Assembly: GCA_002269645.1 (NCBI GenBank)
Contig: NIVC01001916.1
Location: 158,048-222,047 of the forward strand
Length of the DNA: 64,000 nt
Source: Macrostomum lignano
Lineage: Eukaryota
Reading direction: 5' to 3'
Under the pieces are notes generated by a model, which searched no databases, was not told the DNA's origin, and saw nothing but the letters and a program-made list of their open reading frames with translations. The translations under genes were made by a program, and so were the position numbers. Each line of letters opens with the position of its first letter. Position 1 is the first letter of the stretch. Positions 50,334 through 63,925 of the stretch are shown piece by piece.

Positions 50334-52924
50334 ATGTCTGAACAGCAAAGAGCTAGCGGCATCGGCGGTAAAGTCACCATTCTCAGCTCTGGCCAACCGG
50401 CTCAGACATCTTTGGAGGGCAGCGGAGCTTCATCAACAGCAGCAACAACCGTTCCCAAAAACGCAGCTAGTTCTAGAAATTCCCGACGAAAAGTTGGCAC
50501 AAATTTGGAGAGATCGTTTGTAGATCCAGGCGCTGGGTCTGCTAGGCAGGCTCAGCAAGGCCAAGAGGCTCAACAGCAAAGACCAGTGCTGAAAGCCGGC
50601 AAGTCCGTCACAAGCGCGCCAACTCCCATGCAACAGAGACCGATGAGCGATCTCGAAAAGGCCTTCTCCGAGAAGCCTGTACAGGACCAGCGTTGGCTAT
50701 TGAGCTTCCCTCTGGCTCTGAAGCAATTGTACTTCGGTTTTGCCGAGTCAACAAACCACGAGCAGACTCTGTTGGCTTTGATTAATCGATTTCCTGAACT
50801 GCTTGCTGGCAACGATCAGCACCCGTCAGCTATTCTCATTGCTATTCGAAAAGGCAACTGGACACCCGCTTTGCACTTTATTGAGGCTTGCATCAAAGGA
50901 GAGGTAAGATTGTGTTAAGAATTTGTGGGGTTTTCTGCAGTTCAGTGTGGGAGTGGACTGGGGTGCTGGGGCTGTGGCTGCAGATCAGTGAGGGAGTGGA
51001 CTGGGGTGCTGGGGCTGTGGCTGCAGATCAGTGAGGGAGTGGACTGGGGTGGTAGGGCTGTGGCTGCAGATCAGTGAGGGAGTGGACTGGGGTGGTAGGG
51101 CTGTGGCTGCAGATCAGTGAGGGAGTGGACTGGGGTGGTGGGGCTGTTCCTGCAGTTCAGTGAGGGAGTGGACTGGGGTGGTGGGGCTGTTCCTGCAGTT
51201 CAGTGAGGGAGTGGACTGGGGTGGTGGGGCTGTGCCTGCAGTTCAGTGAGGGAGTGGACTGGGGTGGTGGGGCTGTGGCTGCAGTTCAGTGAGGGAGTGG
51301 ACTGGGGTGGTGGGGCTGTAGTTTCTAGAACTGGAGTCGCTCAATTGAGACACTAACAAACAGCTAGGTTACAAGTTAGTAGGTACCTCCATGCCCCCAG
51401 CCTGGTTTGTGTACAGCCAAATGCGGTATAAAAGCTGTGCATTGAAACTGGGACCTAGATATTAATTTTGACTGGTTGGGAAATAACACTGTTGAACTAC
51501 TTGTACTCTTATTCTGCTAATTTCCTGGAAAACCAAAAGTTTTCGCTTTTGCTTCCCAACTGTGCGCTATTCTTGCTTAGCTAATGACGGTAGTGTGCGT
51601 GTATTCTATCTCTAATAATAACACATTACTCATTCCTCCATTTTCTCATGGTCTATTCCTTCTCTATCCCGCTCCATTCCTTCTCTATCCTGCTCCATTC
51701 CTTCTCTATCCTGTTCTATTCCTTCTCTATACTGTTCTATTCCCTCTATCCTGTTCTATTCCTTCTCTATCCTGTTCTATTCCTTCTCTATTCTGTTCTA
51801 TTCCTTCTCTATTCTGTTCTATTCCCTCTCTATCCTGTTCTATTCCCTCTCTATCCTGTTCTATTCCTTCTCTATTCTGTTCTATTCCCTCTATCCTGTT
51901 CTATTCCCTCTCTATCCTGTTCTATTCCCTCTCTATCCTGTTCTATTCCTTCTCTATCCTGTTCTATTCCTTCTCTATCCTGTTCTATTCCTTCCCTATA
52001 CTGTTCTATTCCCTCTCTATCCTGTTCTATTCCTTCTCTATACTGTTCTATTCCTTCCCTATACTGTTCTATTCCCTCTCTATCTCTATATTTTCAATTT
52101 CCACTGTATTCTAAAATCAAGTGGTTACTAAGCAGGCCAATTAATTGCCAAAGCAACTAAAATTGCCATAATTTATCGGCATATTTCAGCAAACCAGACA
52201 GCTCACACAGCGCTGCTCAGGTGCCGAGCGGCGGACATTTCTAATTGAAGCTGTTCTCAGAACTGCTGAAGAGAATGAGAACTCTGACATCGGGCCAGCC
52301 ATGAAGGTGATGACCACCTTGGCTGAGGCTTGCCCTGAGCTTTTGTCAACCACTGACTCGGCTGGTAAAAACCCGCTGCACTATTGCTCTGAACAGTCTA
52401 AGTGGTACTCAACCTTGCTTCTGCCATTGCTGACCGAACTGAGACAATTGGCTTTGAATTCTCAAATCTTAGCCCGTCGCCTTGGCAACGCCCTGGCAAC
52501 CGGAGATTTATCTGGCAAGAGGCCCATAGATCTATTAGAAATCAGTTCGGCTGAAGGAATAAATATTCAAAAAGCTTTGCAAGGCCTGATGGCGGAGCTG
52601 CCTGTCGGTGAGGAGGACCAGGAGCTTGAAGGAGACGAATCGATGCAGTCAAGTTCTGCTACATCGCTGCTTCTTCCGAGCGGCCCAGAAGCCATGGACA
52701 AGATCTGTTCGGAATTGGCTATGCAAAAAAAATCTGCAGAGTTTGTGGAGTTGTTGAGTAGCAGTTTGAGTGCAGTGGATCCCCAAGCAATGCTGTTGAG
52801 CACAGTGGAGCAGCCAGAGAGAGTGGCGTTGCAGTGGTTCGGCAAAGCTCAACCTGACGCGGTCAAACAGGCTCTGAGTAATGTGGGACTTGGCGAGTTT
52901 TGCGGACTTGTTGATCGACTTTGA
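50334..52924 (+). CDS. Ankyrin-repeat-like protein with C-terminal death-fold-like domain, ~434 aa
   Basis: Exons 50334-50903 (GAG|GTAAGA) and 52190-52924 (TTTCAG|), phase 0. Ankyrin-like motifs SAILIAIRKGN, AGKNPLHYC, SGKRPIDLL; tail EQ..VALQWFGK..DAVKQALSNVGL. Domain calls made by eye. Confidence 0.75.
50940..52085. repeat. Intronic 43-bp G-rich array (50940-51320) and 21-bp CT-rich array (51650-52085)
   Basis: Tandem arrays seen directly in the ankyrin-gene intron. Confidence 0.92.
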
Positions 52925-54021
52925 CTTTTGCGACGCCAGAAGAAAAATACTGCAACTCCTCAATTTCATAACTTAAGTGTCCAAAAACAAGCCTTTAAAT
53001 AGGTAAAAAAAACACGCAAAATTTCATTCTTGCTTGTGTGTTTTCGCCAGACCCGGCCGATCCTAATTAACTAGAGGTTTTTAAGAGTAGTTAGTGCGTC
53101 TGCGACGTTACCCTTAACGATTGTTGTCAATATCAGCGCATATTCTGATATAATGTCAATAACTTTAATGTTAATGTTATACAAATATAATGTTAAACTT
53201 ATGTAACCGATTTCGTTCATACTGTTTCACTGAATTAAAAAACAATAAAACATTCTTTCGTTTAAAAATTACTGCGAGGGGGTGCCCGGATAGTTTGGGA
53301 CACTTTTAATCCGCGAGCAAAAACAGATTAAAGTAGCTGTAAATTTTGGTCATTCTAGTCCAAATCGTTAATCGTAATGCCAGCTGATATTCCCAGGGGC
53401 GTCGCCATGGATTTTATGTTGGGAGAGACAAAGCCAAGAGTTGTACTGTACATGTACATGTATACATGACTAAATTCCTACATGTACATTAGTTTCAGAA
53501 TCTGTGTGTCAGCGTTCATTTTGGCGCCGCAGGCACTCATTTTAGCGCCGCAGGTACTATATGTTTTGTCGTCCTGAAGCAAAATTATAGATTTCCATAA
53601 CGGGTCACAAGGTGGGTGAGGGAGAGCATTGGCATGTCCCCCATATAGGTTTTATTGGGGGTGGGGTGTGCCCCTGGTGACGACTATATATACCTGTATT
53701 AAGTGACAGATTTACTTTATAGAACCTACAATTACTGTCTTTAATCATCATCATAATTATCACTCTTCAAAGCAGCGTTCTTAACAGTTCTCCGCCCGTA
53801 GCAACACACTTCTCTTCTCATGCAATGTACATGTATTTTAGGCTACGTAGAATTACTGGATAGCACAAAAACTTATAAAGAGAGACCCATTCAAGTTCAA
53901 TAAAATTATTATCGCTGTTTTACAACTGTAGATCCGATAATAAATAGGTTTCCGCAAATTTTGCTTGCTCAACGGAGGGCGCCAGCTGCAGCATTTCAGA
54001 AGCTGAGTTGCAGATCAGCAT

Positions 54022-56431
54022 CTACAGCATGAAAATTAGCGCGTACCACACGCAGCTGCAGACGAGCGCAAACGCATTGGACATCAGCAGGCAAAGACCC
54101 AAACGCCAAACGAATCCGACAACTCTGCTGCTGAAGTCGCTGACTTCCTCGAACACCGGAAGGAGGCCGTCGCAGTGGCCGATGTTGGCGAGAGCGCTGC
54201 GCAGGAGGTCGTCCAGCAGATCGACGGCCTTCGGACGAGACGCGTCGACGCTCTGGTTGAAGCGCAGCTCAATCAGACTCAAGTTCCGAGTGAGGCTGTC
54301 GAAACCGACTCGAAATTGGTCGAATCGCGTCATCAGCTGACCTGTGAAGTGTCCGAGCACTCTGTCGCTCTGCAGCGAGCTGAAGTTGTCGCGAAGCTGC
54401 ATCAGTCCGTCTTTGATGACGGGCGCGCGCTCCGACCAAGCCGACTGCAGCTGGCCGGCCCACACCATCAGCTCGAAGCCCCTCGGGTCGGTACTGTTCT
54501 CGCGGAGGACTCTCCGACCGAGACTCCGCAGCTCTCCGGTCATCGTCTGCAGCTGAGTGTCGTTCAGACCGATCACCGGCTTCGACAGCTCGGCGATGCT
54601 GCCGGAGTTACGGAGTAGTCGGCCGAGTCCACGAGGCGCACAAACGGTTCCAGCTGAACAGCGAGGTCGGCCACGTACTGCTTCGAGATGAGCGACTCCG
54701 AGTTGCGGTTCTCAAGCTGTGACGTCAAACTGCGACGCAGTTGAGCAATCTGCCGAGAAATCAAGTCCGAGTCGACGAACCGAGTCGAGTCGACCATGCT
54801 CAAAAGACCGAGAATCTGAGGCAGCGTTTCTTTGTTAGGCGGACCGCATCGGCTCAGCATGCGCTGCAAGATTCCAGTCGGCAGCTCTTTGGAGAACTTG
54901 AACGGCAGCGGAATGTCCGTGACCGACTCCAGATATCGGCGAAGTCGGGGCCAGCCCGCGTCTCGCACGAAGGTGTCTAGGCTGCCGTCCAGGTCGCGTC
55001 TGCCACTTTCTGTCGTGATCGGCGCGACTAAATCTCGTTCAGCGACGATCCCGACTGTGAGCACGAGACAGCCGCAGGTGAGCAAGACTATGATGAAAAG
55101 CATCATGACAATGGTAAGTACTGCAATAAAACGTTTTCTTGAGTTGCAACGGTTATTATTCGGTTCTATCTGCCGCCGGTTAATCTCTTTTCTAAGCTCT
55201 GAAATGGAGCAAAGGACTGCGCTTATCACAGTCAGAGAAGTTAGCACCGACAATGCGAGAATAATATAAACGCCAATCCTGGGATAGTTGGCGTATGCTT
55301 CGACATCAGGGCCCGTGACGTGATCCCGCATCGTTTCGCCAAACTTGGCGATCTCCGACAACCAGGTTTGGAACTCTCGAGACACTGTCCCAATCAGCTG
55401 ATTCAGCAAGTTCTCAACATACGTGTCCACGGATCCAATCATGTTGTTTAGCAACTCCTTGGCTTCCCGAAGGCGAACATCTAGCTGAGTTATGTTTAGG
55501 TTAAACAGCCGCTGCAACGTCACAACCGAAACGCTCACGTCCGTGTCAATAGACGACGAGTTCGGACCGATAGTTATTTTGCCGAGATGCTTTGTAAGAC
55601 TGCTGCACTCTGAACTGTTTGAGGCAAAACTGCCGTATGCGCACACAGAGACCAGTGTTCGATTGATTTTGGAATGCAGCTGGTTTAGGATTCCAGTCAG
55701 ATGTGCCAACTGAGTCAGGACGCCACTTCGTGCTCGAGAAATGGACTCCATGCTGCTCATGATTCGGTGCGCAGTTGCCAAGAAAGTGTCTAACAAATCG
55801 AAAAGCGGCTTTAGGCTGGAGTTGGAAGCCAGAGCGTTGAGCAGGTTGGTTGAAATGCCTCTCAACAGGCCCTGGAGCTTTGGCAGCGCATTCCAACGCA
55901 GAGTGAGCAGAGTTGAGTTAATTCTACGAACGCTGCTGTCTAAGAAGACCATGGACTGGTCAACAACGCTAGTCATGGTGTCCTGGACTGAACCGGGGCT
56001 CGGCTGCGGACTCTGTTAGTCGTAGAGTTGTTTACCATAGCCGTAGATCGAAGCAGTGTCGCTGAATGGTACCAAAATAGCGCACTAAAGGCCATCAGCC
56101 CGACAATCGATATGCACATAACGGCGATCTTGACTTTGCTCATTTTGTATTTCTTGGTTTTTAATTTATTGAAGCAGAAGCACATCAAGACGCAAGACAC
56201 GGTGAGTACCAAGCAGACTACAGTGGGACAAATTAAAACGTCAAGGTTCGATTTGAACCAGTCGAAAATTGCCGACCAAATACTTTCGTTGGACGATTTC
56301 GTTTCGCCATCACCAATGATGCGGGCGGCGCTGCAGAATTGTATTGACGAATTCAGACATTTTTGTTTATTAAGCTTTGTGTTTTCTCCGGTTGAGTCCT
56401 GCGTCTCGCTACTCATTGGATATTTATTCAA
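54022..56431 (-). CDS. Prominin-like pentaspan membrane glycoprotein, intronless, ~803 aa after repairing two 1-nt deficits
   Basis: Three consecutive ORFs join at ~56016 and ~54608. Five hydrophobic segments with prominin spacing: Cys cluster after TM1, two large N-glycosylation-rich loops, IGHC..L..F...VW.LG before TM5. Confidence 0.8.
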
Positions 56432-57898
56432 ATATACAAAATAGAGTTTGCTGGTGACAATAGCGGCCGCTGAGGAATGCGCTGTAATACACTTATGAAC
56501 TTAAATTTGAGCCACCCAGACTGTGACTGCTCTTTGAGTAACTATTCAACTCTTGGTTTTGCACACTGCTTTTATATCTAGCTCATCAAAGCTAGTTTTT
56601 CCTTAATTTCAGGAAATTTCGCAGATAAGAAATAGGTTATATGCCTTCATCCGCGCCTAAGAAGGATGGCTATTATTTATCAATTTATCAAAAGATAATA
56701 ATAAATTAATAATAAATTAATTAATTGCTTTTGTCTAGGATGGAGTGCAGTTCTATAGGATATTGACAAAATGCCAGATCGTTCACTCATTCGTTATAAA
56801 TTCGCTAGGCAATTTCGCGTTCCCGTCAAGATTCTAACTACTCGTTGAGTTTACTAATAGTAGCTTAACTAAAAACGAGGAAATTAATAAAAAATCATTA
56901 AGGAAATCATTTTTTTAACTTGAACTAGATGCTAAGACACAATATACCGTAGCTCGCTATTCCACAACGGCACAACAAGCAATGCTGTGAACAGATCACT
57001 GTACTATTAGAAGACATCTTCGTTGCAGAAGCATCCGCGCTCAGTGGCTCTGTTGGTCAAAGGCAAAGCACAAAACGATGCAGCATACTAAGAAACGACT
57101 AATAGACTAATTAAATAATAATAGAAGGCTGGGAAACTGATCTACGGATTGACAAAAATGCATTTGCTGATCTTATTGCCTTCAAAACAAAAGCACCTGA
57201 TTGGCTCTGGTTGGCAGCGACTGTATCGAGTGAACTCGGCACAAAAGAATGAGCAGAACAAACATATACAAAACTGATTTTATCCAACCTGTTAAACCCT
57301 GATACAATTTATCTAGACTTAACTCGGTTGCTCTACGAATCTAATCGTCCTCGTCACCATGGCAACCAGCTTAAAAACTTCGTTCCAAAGTCGATAGAAT
57401 TGACTCAAGTTGCTCAATGTTTGCCGCGCGGGCAGCAGCCGGTTTGGCAGCGAGTTTTCCTTATCGTCAATAATTTATGCTTCTTAAATTGGTGCTGATA
57501 ATTTTTGCCAAACCGGATCTGCGCAAGCAGTTTTTCTGCTGATTCTGCTGATGTGTGTTTTTTCTCCTTCCTGGACGCTGGGGCTGGGGGCCGATAAGCC
57601 GCCGGGCAGATAACGCACAGGAGTCTGAAGCAAATAAAGTTTTTTGGCTATACGTCAGAGCACAGTTGGAACCCTCGTGCTCAATCGGTCTGTTCTTATT
57701 GCTCTGCTTTTGTCACGTTTTCAAGAGGCTGCAAGTACTTGTTTAAGAAGCATCTTTTCTCCCAGGACAAGAAAGATCACATGACAGAGAAATTGGTGGT
57801 GTGTCCGACACAAGTAGCGCTCTGTTTGCTCTGCGTATCTGACCGCATCCGATCTCCATAAGAACTGGGGAGAATCATCTACTGAGGCCTCCCACATC

Positions 57899-60800
57899 AT
57901 GCACTACGGTCAGGCCTACTCCCTAGAGATGCCATCGGCCAGGCGGTGCCATCCGAGCGGTCTCTGCTACCACATCTACTGTCGGCTGCGCGCACTGCTG
58001 CGCTGGCTCTGCCTGCTCGCCGTCCGCTGCTGCTGCAGTCGGCGACGCGTTGCCGACGGCCGCGCAGGCGGAGGGCCGACAGTTGGCGCCGAGCCGCCGT
58101 CATTCACCCCGACTACCATCACCACCATCGCCTCAGGAGTGAGTCCGACGGCCGGTGGAAGCGGCGGTGGCAACGTCACGCCATTCCGATTCCCCTCCAC
58201 CGCCTTCTTCGGCCTGTCTTCGGACAAGCTGAACCGCTGGAGCAGCATTCTGAAGGAGGACAAGGCTGACGATTTCGTCTGCCTGCTGGAGGACAACCGG
58301 CACCAGTTGACCCTAGTGTACGACCATCCGTCCTGCAACTACATCTCGTTTCACCGACTGACTCACCTGTGCGCCTTCAACTCGGCCATCAACTGTATGC
58401 GCCAGCTGGTGAGCCGGTACGAGACTCCGATTTGGTGTGCCAAGGACACCAACGAGAGTACAGTGTTCCACGCCCTCTGCTGGGGCGCGCACTACCAGAA
58501 GCGGCAGGAGACTGACTACATCAGCTTGTACCGAGCGGTTTGCGCCCTGATCAAGACCGAACGGTTGAAGGAGCTCCTTCTGTCGGAGGATCTGGGCGGA
58601 TTTCGACCTGTTGAGTTAGCCATCAAGCTGAGATGCTTCCGTCTGGCCGTGGAGATTCTGGAGACGCCGGGCGTCTATCAGGATTCGAGTCTGCGCGGCA
58701 ATCTGCAGGTGAAGCGCTACTACCTGCACGGCTATTTTCGTTGCGGCAAAGGCGCCGTGTGCAGGTCGTTGCGCAATCCTGTACTGCTGCTGTCCGAACT
58801 CAGGTATCAATTTAAACGACAACATGTTCAAACATGTCAAATGGTACATTCATGTGTAGTCATTGACACCAAGTTTCATATTGTATTCTTGAAATTTTCT
58901 TCGCCTGCAGAAAAGCCGACTTCAAGGATCTGCGCAGCAGCAACATTATGAACCATCCGGTGGTGAAGTACCTCATCTCGCAGCTGTGGTACCGCAACGT
59001 CCTCATCTGCATCCTGTTGGCGCTATTCTGGCTGGCGCTGATCATCATCATGCAGATTCCGCTAGAGATGCAGATGCAACAGGTAACCACGGACAGCGAC
59101 ACCTGCTTCAGCCAGGAGGCCATCAAGGTGGCATTCTATACTATTGTGGTTCATGACCTCAAAGTACTGGAGAATGTCAGCGTTCGCGCGATTGAGAACA
59201 AAACTCGCGGAGGCCAGTGGGGACTGTGAGTAACCGGCCAGTGACAATCACTGAATTTAAGATGCTCTGAACAGTCAAATTTCTGACCCTAAGACATCCT
59301 GAAAAGTCAAATTTCTGACCCTAAGACGTCCTGAACAGTCAAATTTCTGACCCTAAGACGTCCTGAACAGTCAAGTTTCTGATCCTAAGACGTCCTGAAC
59401 AGTCAAATTTCTGATCCTAAGACGTCCTGAACAGTTAAATTTCTGACCCTAAGATGTCCTGATGTCCTGAACAATCAAATTTCTGATCCTAAGATGTCTT
59501 GAACAATCAAATTTCTGATCCTAAGATGTCTTGAACAATCAAATTTCTGATCCTAAGATGTCTTGAACAATCAAATTTCTGATCCTAAGATGTCTTGAAC
59601 AATCAAATTTCTGATCCTAAGATGTCTTGAACAATCAAATTTCTGATCCTAAGATGTCTTGAACAATCAAATTTCTGACCCTAAGATGTCCTGAACAGTC
59701 AAATTTCTGACCCTAAGATGTCCTGACCAGTCAAATTTCTGACCCTAAGATGTCTTGAACAATCAAATTTCTGACTCTAAGATGTCTTGAACAATCAAAT
59801 TTCTGACTCTAAGATGTCCTGAACAATCAAATTTCTGACCTTAAGATGTCCTGAACAGTCAAATTTCTGACCTTAAGATGTCCTGAACAGTCAATTTTTT
59901 ACTGTACTCGTAAGGCGTACCGAATAACCAACTTTGTGACAGACAAATGATGATATTCCATTAATAACTACAGACAGAAAAACCTTCACCAGTTTCACAA
60001 TTATCTTTACAGCAAAAATGCGTCGAGTACAAACGAATCGACAACCGAGCACCTAGCCCTGGCAACCAGTGGTACCCACGCCAGCCAAGATGTGTGCAGC
60101 CTGTTTTCGACTATCCGCTACACCTACGTGGCTGTGAGCGTGTTCCTGGTGCTGTGGCACGCCCTGACCATCTGCCAGAGAGTCTGGATCAAGCTACGGA
60201 TGCGTCGGCAGGGTCAGCTGGTGTACAAACGGTTCCTGAACTCGGTGGAGACTGGCTGGATGGACCAGGACTGGCTGTCCTATCTGTGCCGGTTCTGCCT
60301 CATCCTGTTCTCCGTGATTCTGTGCTCGGTGCGCATAAGCACCCTGCCGTGCCCTCAGAGTCCTCTGTACGACTATCTGATCCACTACAGGAGTATTTTG
60401 AGCAGGGTGAGTTCGCGACCATAACATTGGGAGCGCTTCACATTCACAACCCCCCGGAGACTTCACAACCCCAAGACTTCACAACCCCCGAGACTTCACA
60501 ACCCCCGAGACTTCACAACCCCCCGGAGACTTCACAACCCCCTATACTTCATTCTATGGAATTCTCAGCAGCTCGAACGCATTTCTACAGTATCACTTGC
60601 CTCCCCTGTCACCATTTGCAGGATCACATCACGGATATATTTCTAATTCTGAGAGTGATATTCCACCTGTGCTACCTGTTCCTGCACATCCTGCTGGTGT
60701 ACTACCTGGAGATGATACCGCACCTCGGTCCGGTTGTGCACGCTTTCCGCTGCATGTTCTCAAGATTTCTATCGTTTGCAGCCATCTACCTGGTAGTGCT

Positions 60801-61242
60801 GTGGGTTTTCTCCAGCATCTTCTATTCGGTCAGCTTCGCTTCGGTGCACACGCACCAGGACCGGGAGAAACTCGAGAACCTCACGCATTACTATTCTCAC
60901 CATCTCCGGCAAGTGTACTACGCTTTCACTGTCAGCCTGAACATGGAGAAGCCGTCGGAACTGGTTGCCAAGCGCGACCAGATTGGCAACTCGGAGGCCA
61001 GCGTTGTGCATCTGATCTTCGTGCTGGTGTTCGCCGTTCTCGTGCTCAACTTCATCATAGCCCTGCTAGTCAGCGCAATGAACGAAGTGAACGAATACCG
61101 GGACATTTTCTATCGCATCAGGACCACCAGGATGTTTCTGCAGATTGACGCCGTCTGGTATCCGGTACTGGCCAGGCTGTCCGACATCACAGGCTGGCAG
61201 CTGGCCGGACAGGAGACTTACACCACTGTCACTCCCGTGTAG
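57899..61242 (+). CDS. TRPV-like channel (ankyrin N-terminus, 6TM), ~744 aa
   Basis: Exons 57899-58803, 58911-59225, 60013-60406, 60622-61242, phases consistent. Ankyrin-like STVFHAL and GFRPVELAIKL; ETPGVY..G linker; S4-S5 YYLEMIPHLGPVV..F..MFSRFLSF..Y; S6 LVLNFIIALL followed by a TRP-like helix. Confidence 0.85.
59265..59895. repeat. 32-bp minisatellite GAACAATCAAATTTCTGATCCTAAGATGTCTT
   Basis: TRPV intron 2. Confidence 0.94.
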
Positions 61243-62338
61243 CCATGCACTCTTAAGACCAAATATAAACTCATTTTTATGTGACAATAATACCCCCCAC
61301 ACCCGCATCAACTGTTATTAACCCGCTTACAGGTACCCAATACATGCAAGATTGTCGCTTATCCACTGGTTCAGGATATGCCATAGACAAGTAGCTGCCG
61401 CTTACCCTTCACTTTGAAGAAGATTTTGTTGCAATTTTCTGTTCTCTTCTCTGTAAGATTCGTTGTCAGTTTTTAGTGAAAGAAAAACAAAACTATAGAC
61501 GTAATAATATAAAAATTATATTCGGAGAAGGGTTGCGGGGCACCTTGACGCAACGTACGCGCCGCGCCTTCAGCGAAATCGTCTCCCACACCCAGCGCTG
61601 ACGGCAGTCCTGCCCGTTCCGCCGAACTCCGGAGCGCACTCATACACACTCTCACACAGGGTGCACAGAAGACTTATTTGTCTAGCGTGGTTTTTTAATA
61701 GTCTATGGTCGCAACCCCCACGAGTGTATTCCGCCCCCCCCCCCCCCAACACAGAACGTGGCACTGACTGTGTGACTTCTATGGTAAAATTATATGGTAA
61801 AATATCAATAAAAATCTTACGTTTATGCTTAAATTAGTGCCTTTCTTTCACAGGCTCAATCTAGCTTTAGAATTTGAGATGAATTGGCCCTTAAAATTTC
61901 GCCGGCTCGTGTGTACATGTATATGGCCTTTAGAGACTATAACTACATACAGATGCGAAAATAATTGACATCACAATCAATGTTACCATGACAACTAATT
62001 TGTTCCACAAAGGTAATCCACAATCTGAATAGAGACAGGGAGAAAGGAAGAGAGGGCCACACGGTACAATCTAATTAGCTAATTCGCATTGAGAGCGTTG
62101 TGATGGCCTCAGAATTGGGCCATTGTCCCGCTCCGGTTGCTGAGTGGCCCCTGACGGGAGAGAGTGGCCACCAGGTAAACGGAAACAGCCAATGCGCAGA
62201 GTTTATAGTAGCGGAGTTTCGGTGTTTACCTGGTTAAACAATCCACCGTACACGCAATGCAGGGCTGTTATATAAAATGGAAAAAGTCAGAAACTTTCCT
62301 CTCAAGAATTTCGGCATCAGTTTCCAGCATCCAGCACA

Positions 62339-63352
62339 ATGATGCCGTCATCAAGCAATGCTGACCGGCTTGTCATTCTGATCCTCGCCAGCTCCGCAGT
62401 CTGCGCTCAGAATAGCAGCAGCAGCAGCAGCAGCAGATTCGATTCACAGCCAATCTGTCCGAGCGCTCTGTCCGACTGGTCAGTCCTGGACGTGCCAGTG
62501 TCCGGAGTGACTCGGCCGAACTCCTGCATAGTGGAGTGCGCAGTCAGGCCCAACTGCTCAGCTGTTCACTACAACAAACCGCCGCGTCCTGCTGGACAGC
62601 CTCCGGCTGGCAGTGGCAGGACCGCTGGGGCCGGTCGGCGACGCCGTCCGCTGACTGTCTGACATTCACCAAACGGCCCAGTCCAGCCCAGCAGCTGCCT
62701 GCGACCCTCCAGGCCAGCCTGACGCTGTGGTACAGCTTCCGGTACTCGCTGGACAACCTGGCAGGCAATGGCACCGTCCAGCAGGCGGTGGCAGGCCTGA
62801 GATTTGGCGCCGTCAGGAACGCCTCCGGCCTGGTGCTGAACCCCAGCACCGAGTCGCACGCGAATGTCAGCATCCCGGGTGGCGGCAATCTTGAGTCGCT
62901 GTTCTCAAGCGGGAAATTTTCGGTCTACATAAAGGTGACAGGAGGCCCAGAGGCCAGGAGGTGAGCTACCTGCAGACCTCGGAGTCCAGCGGCAAGGCTG
63001 TGACCTTCATGTCTGAGGCAGCTGACGGCAAGTTCACCGTGGGCTGCAGGCTCTACGCGCAGCGGAGCCAAACCACGACGCAGGCGGTGCTGAAGACCCC
63101 GATAGCCGCCGGCTGGGTGTCTGTCGGCTTCAGCTACGACGGCAGCGCCTTCCGCGTCTTCAACAACGCCACGATGTACGCGACTAGCAACGATGGCAAC
63201 CTCCGGCGGTGTCGGCCTCCACGGAGACTCGGATCGGCGGCAAGTACGGCGACTCCACGGCCACCCTGGACGGCCGGGTTCTGTGCTTCGGCTTGGCCAA
63301 CAGACAGCTCAGCTTGTCCGAGTTTGAGACGCTGGAGGCCGCTTGCGACTGA
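62339..63352 (+). CDS. Secreted PAN/apple-like plus LamG (ConA-like) protein, intronless, ~338 aa after repairing three 1-nt deficits
   Basis: Hydrophobic signal-like LVILILASSAVCA; C...C...PNC.AVHYNK...C PAN pattern; LamG-like GWVSVGFSYDG..FRVFNN and TRIGGKY..TLDGRVLCFGLANRQLS ending in TGA at 63350-63352. Confidence 0.7.
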
Positions 63353-63464
63353 CAAGGACAACTGAAGTAACATATACTTAAGTTGTCCTTGGCGACTGAG
63401 CGGGCTGCGACCTCGTGCTTCGCTTGGGGACATTGGACTGCAGCACATTGGCTGCTGAGCTCTG

Positions 63465-63925
<461 letters not shown>

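Noticed and set aside
54573-55976. Operon-like 4-nt start/stop overlaps between three minus-strand ORFs
   Set aside because: Better explained as one prominin-like CDS broken by two single-base deficits.
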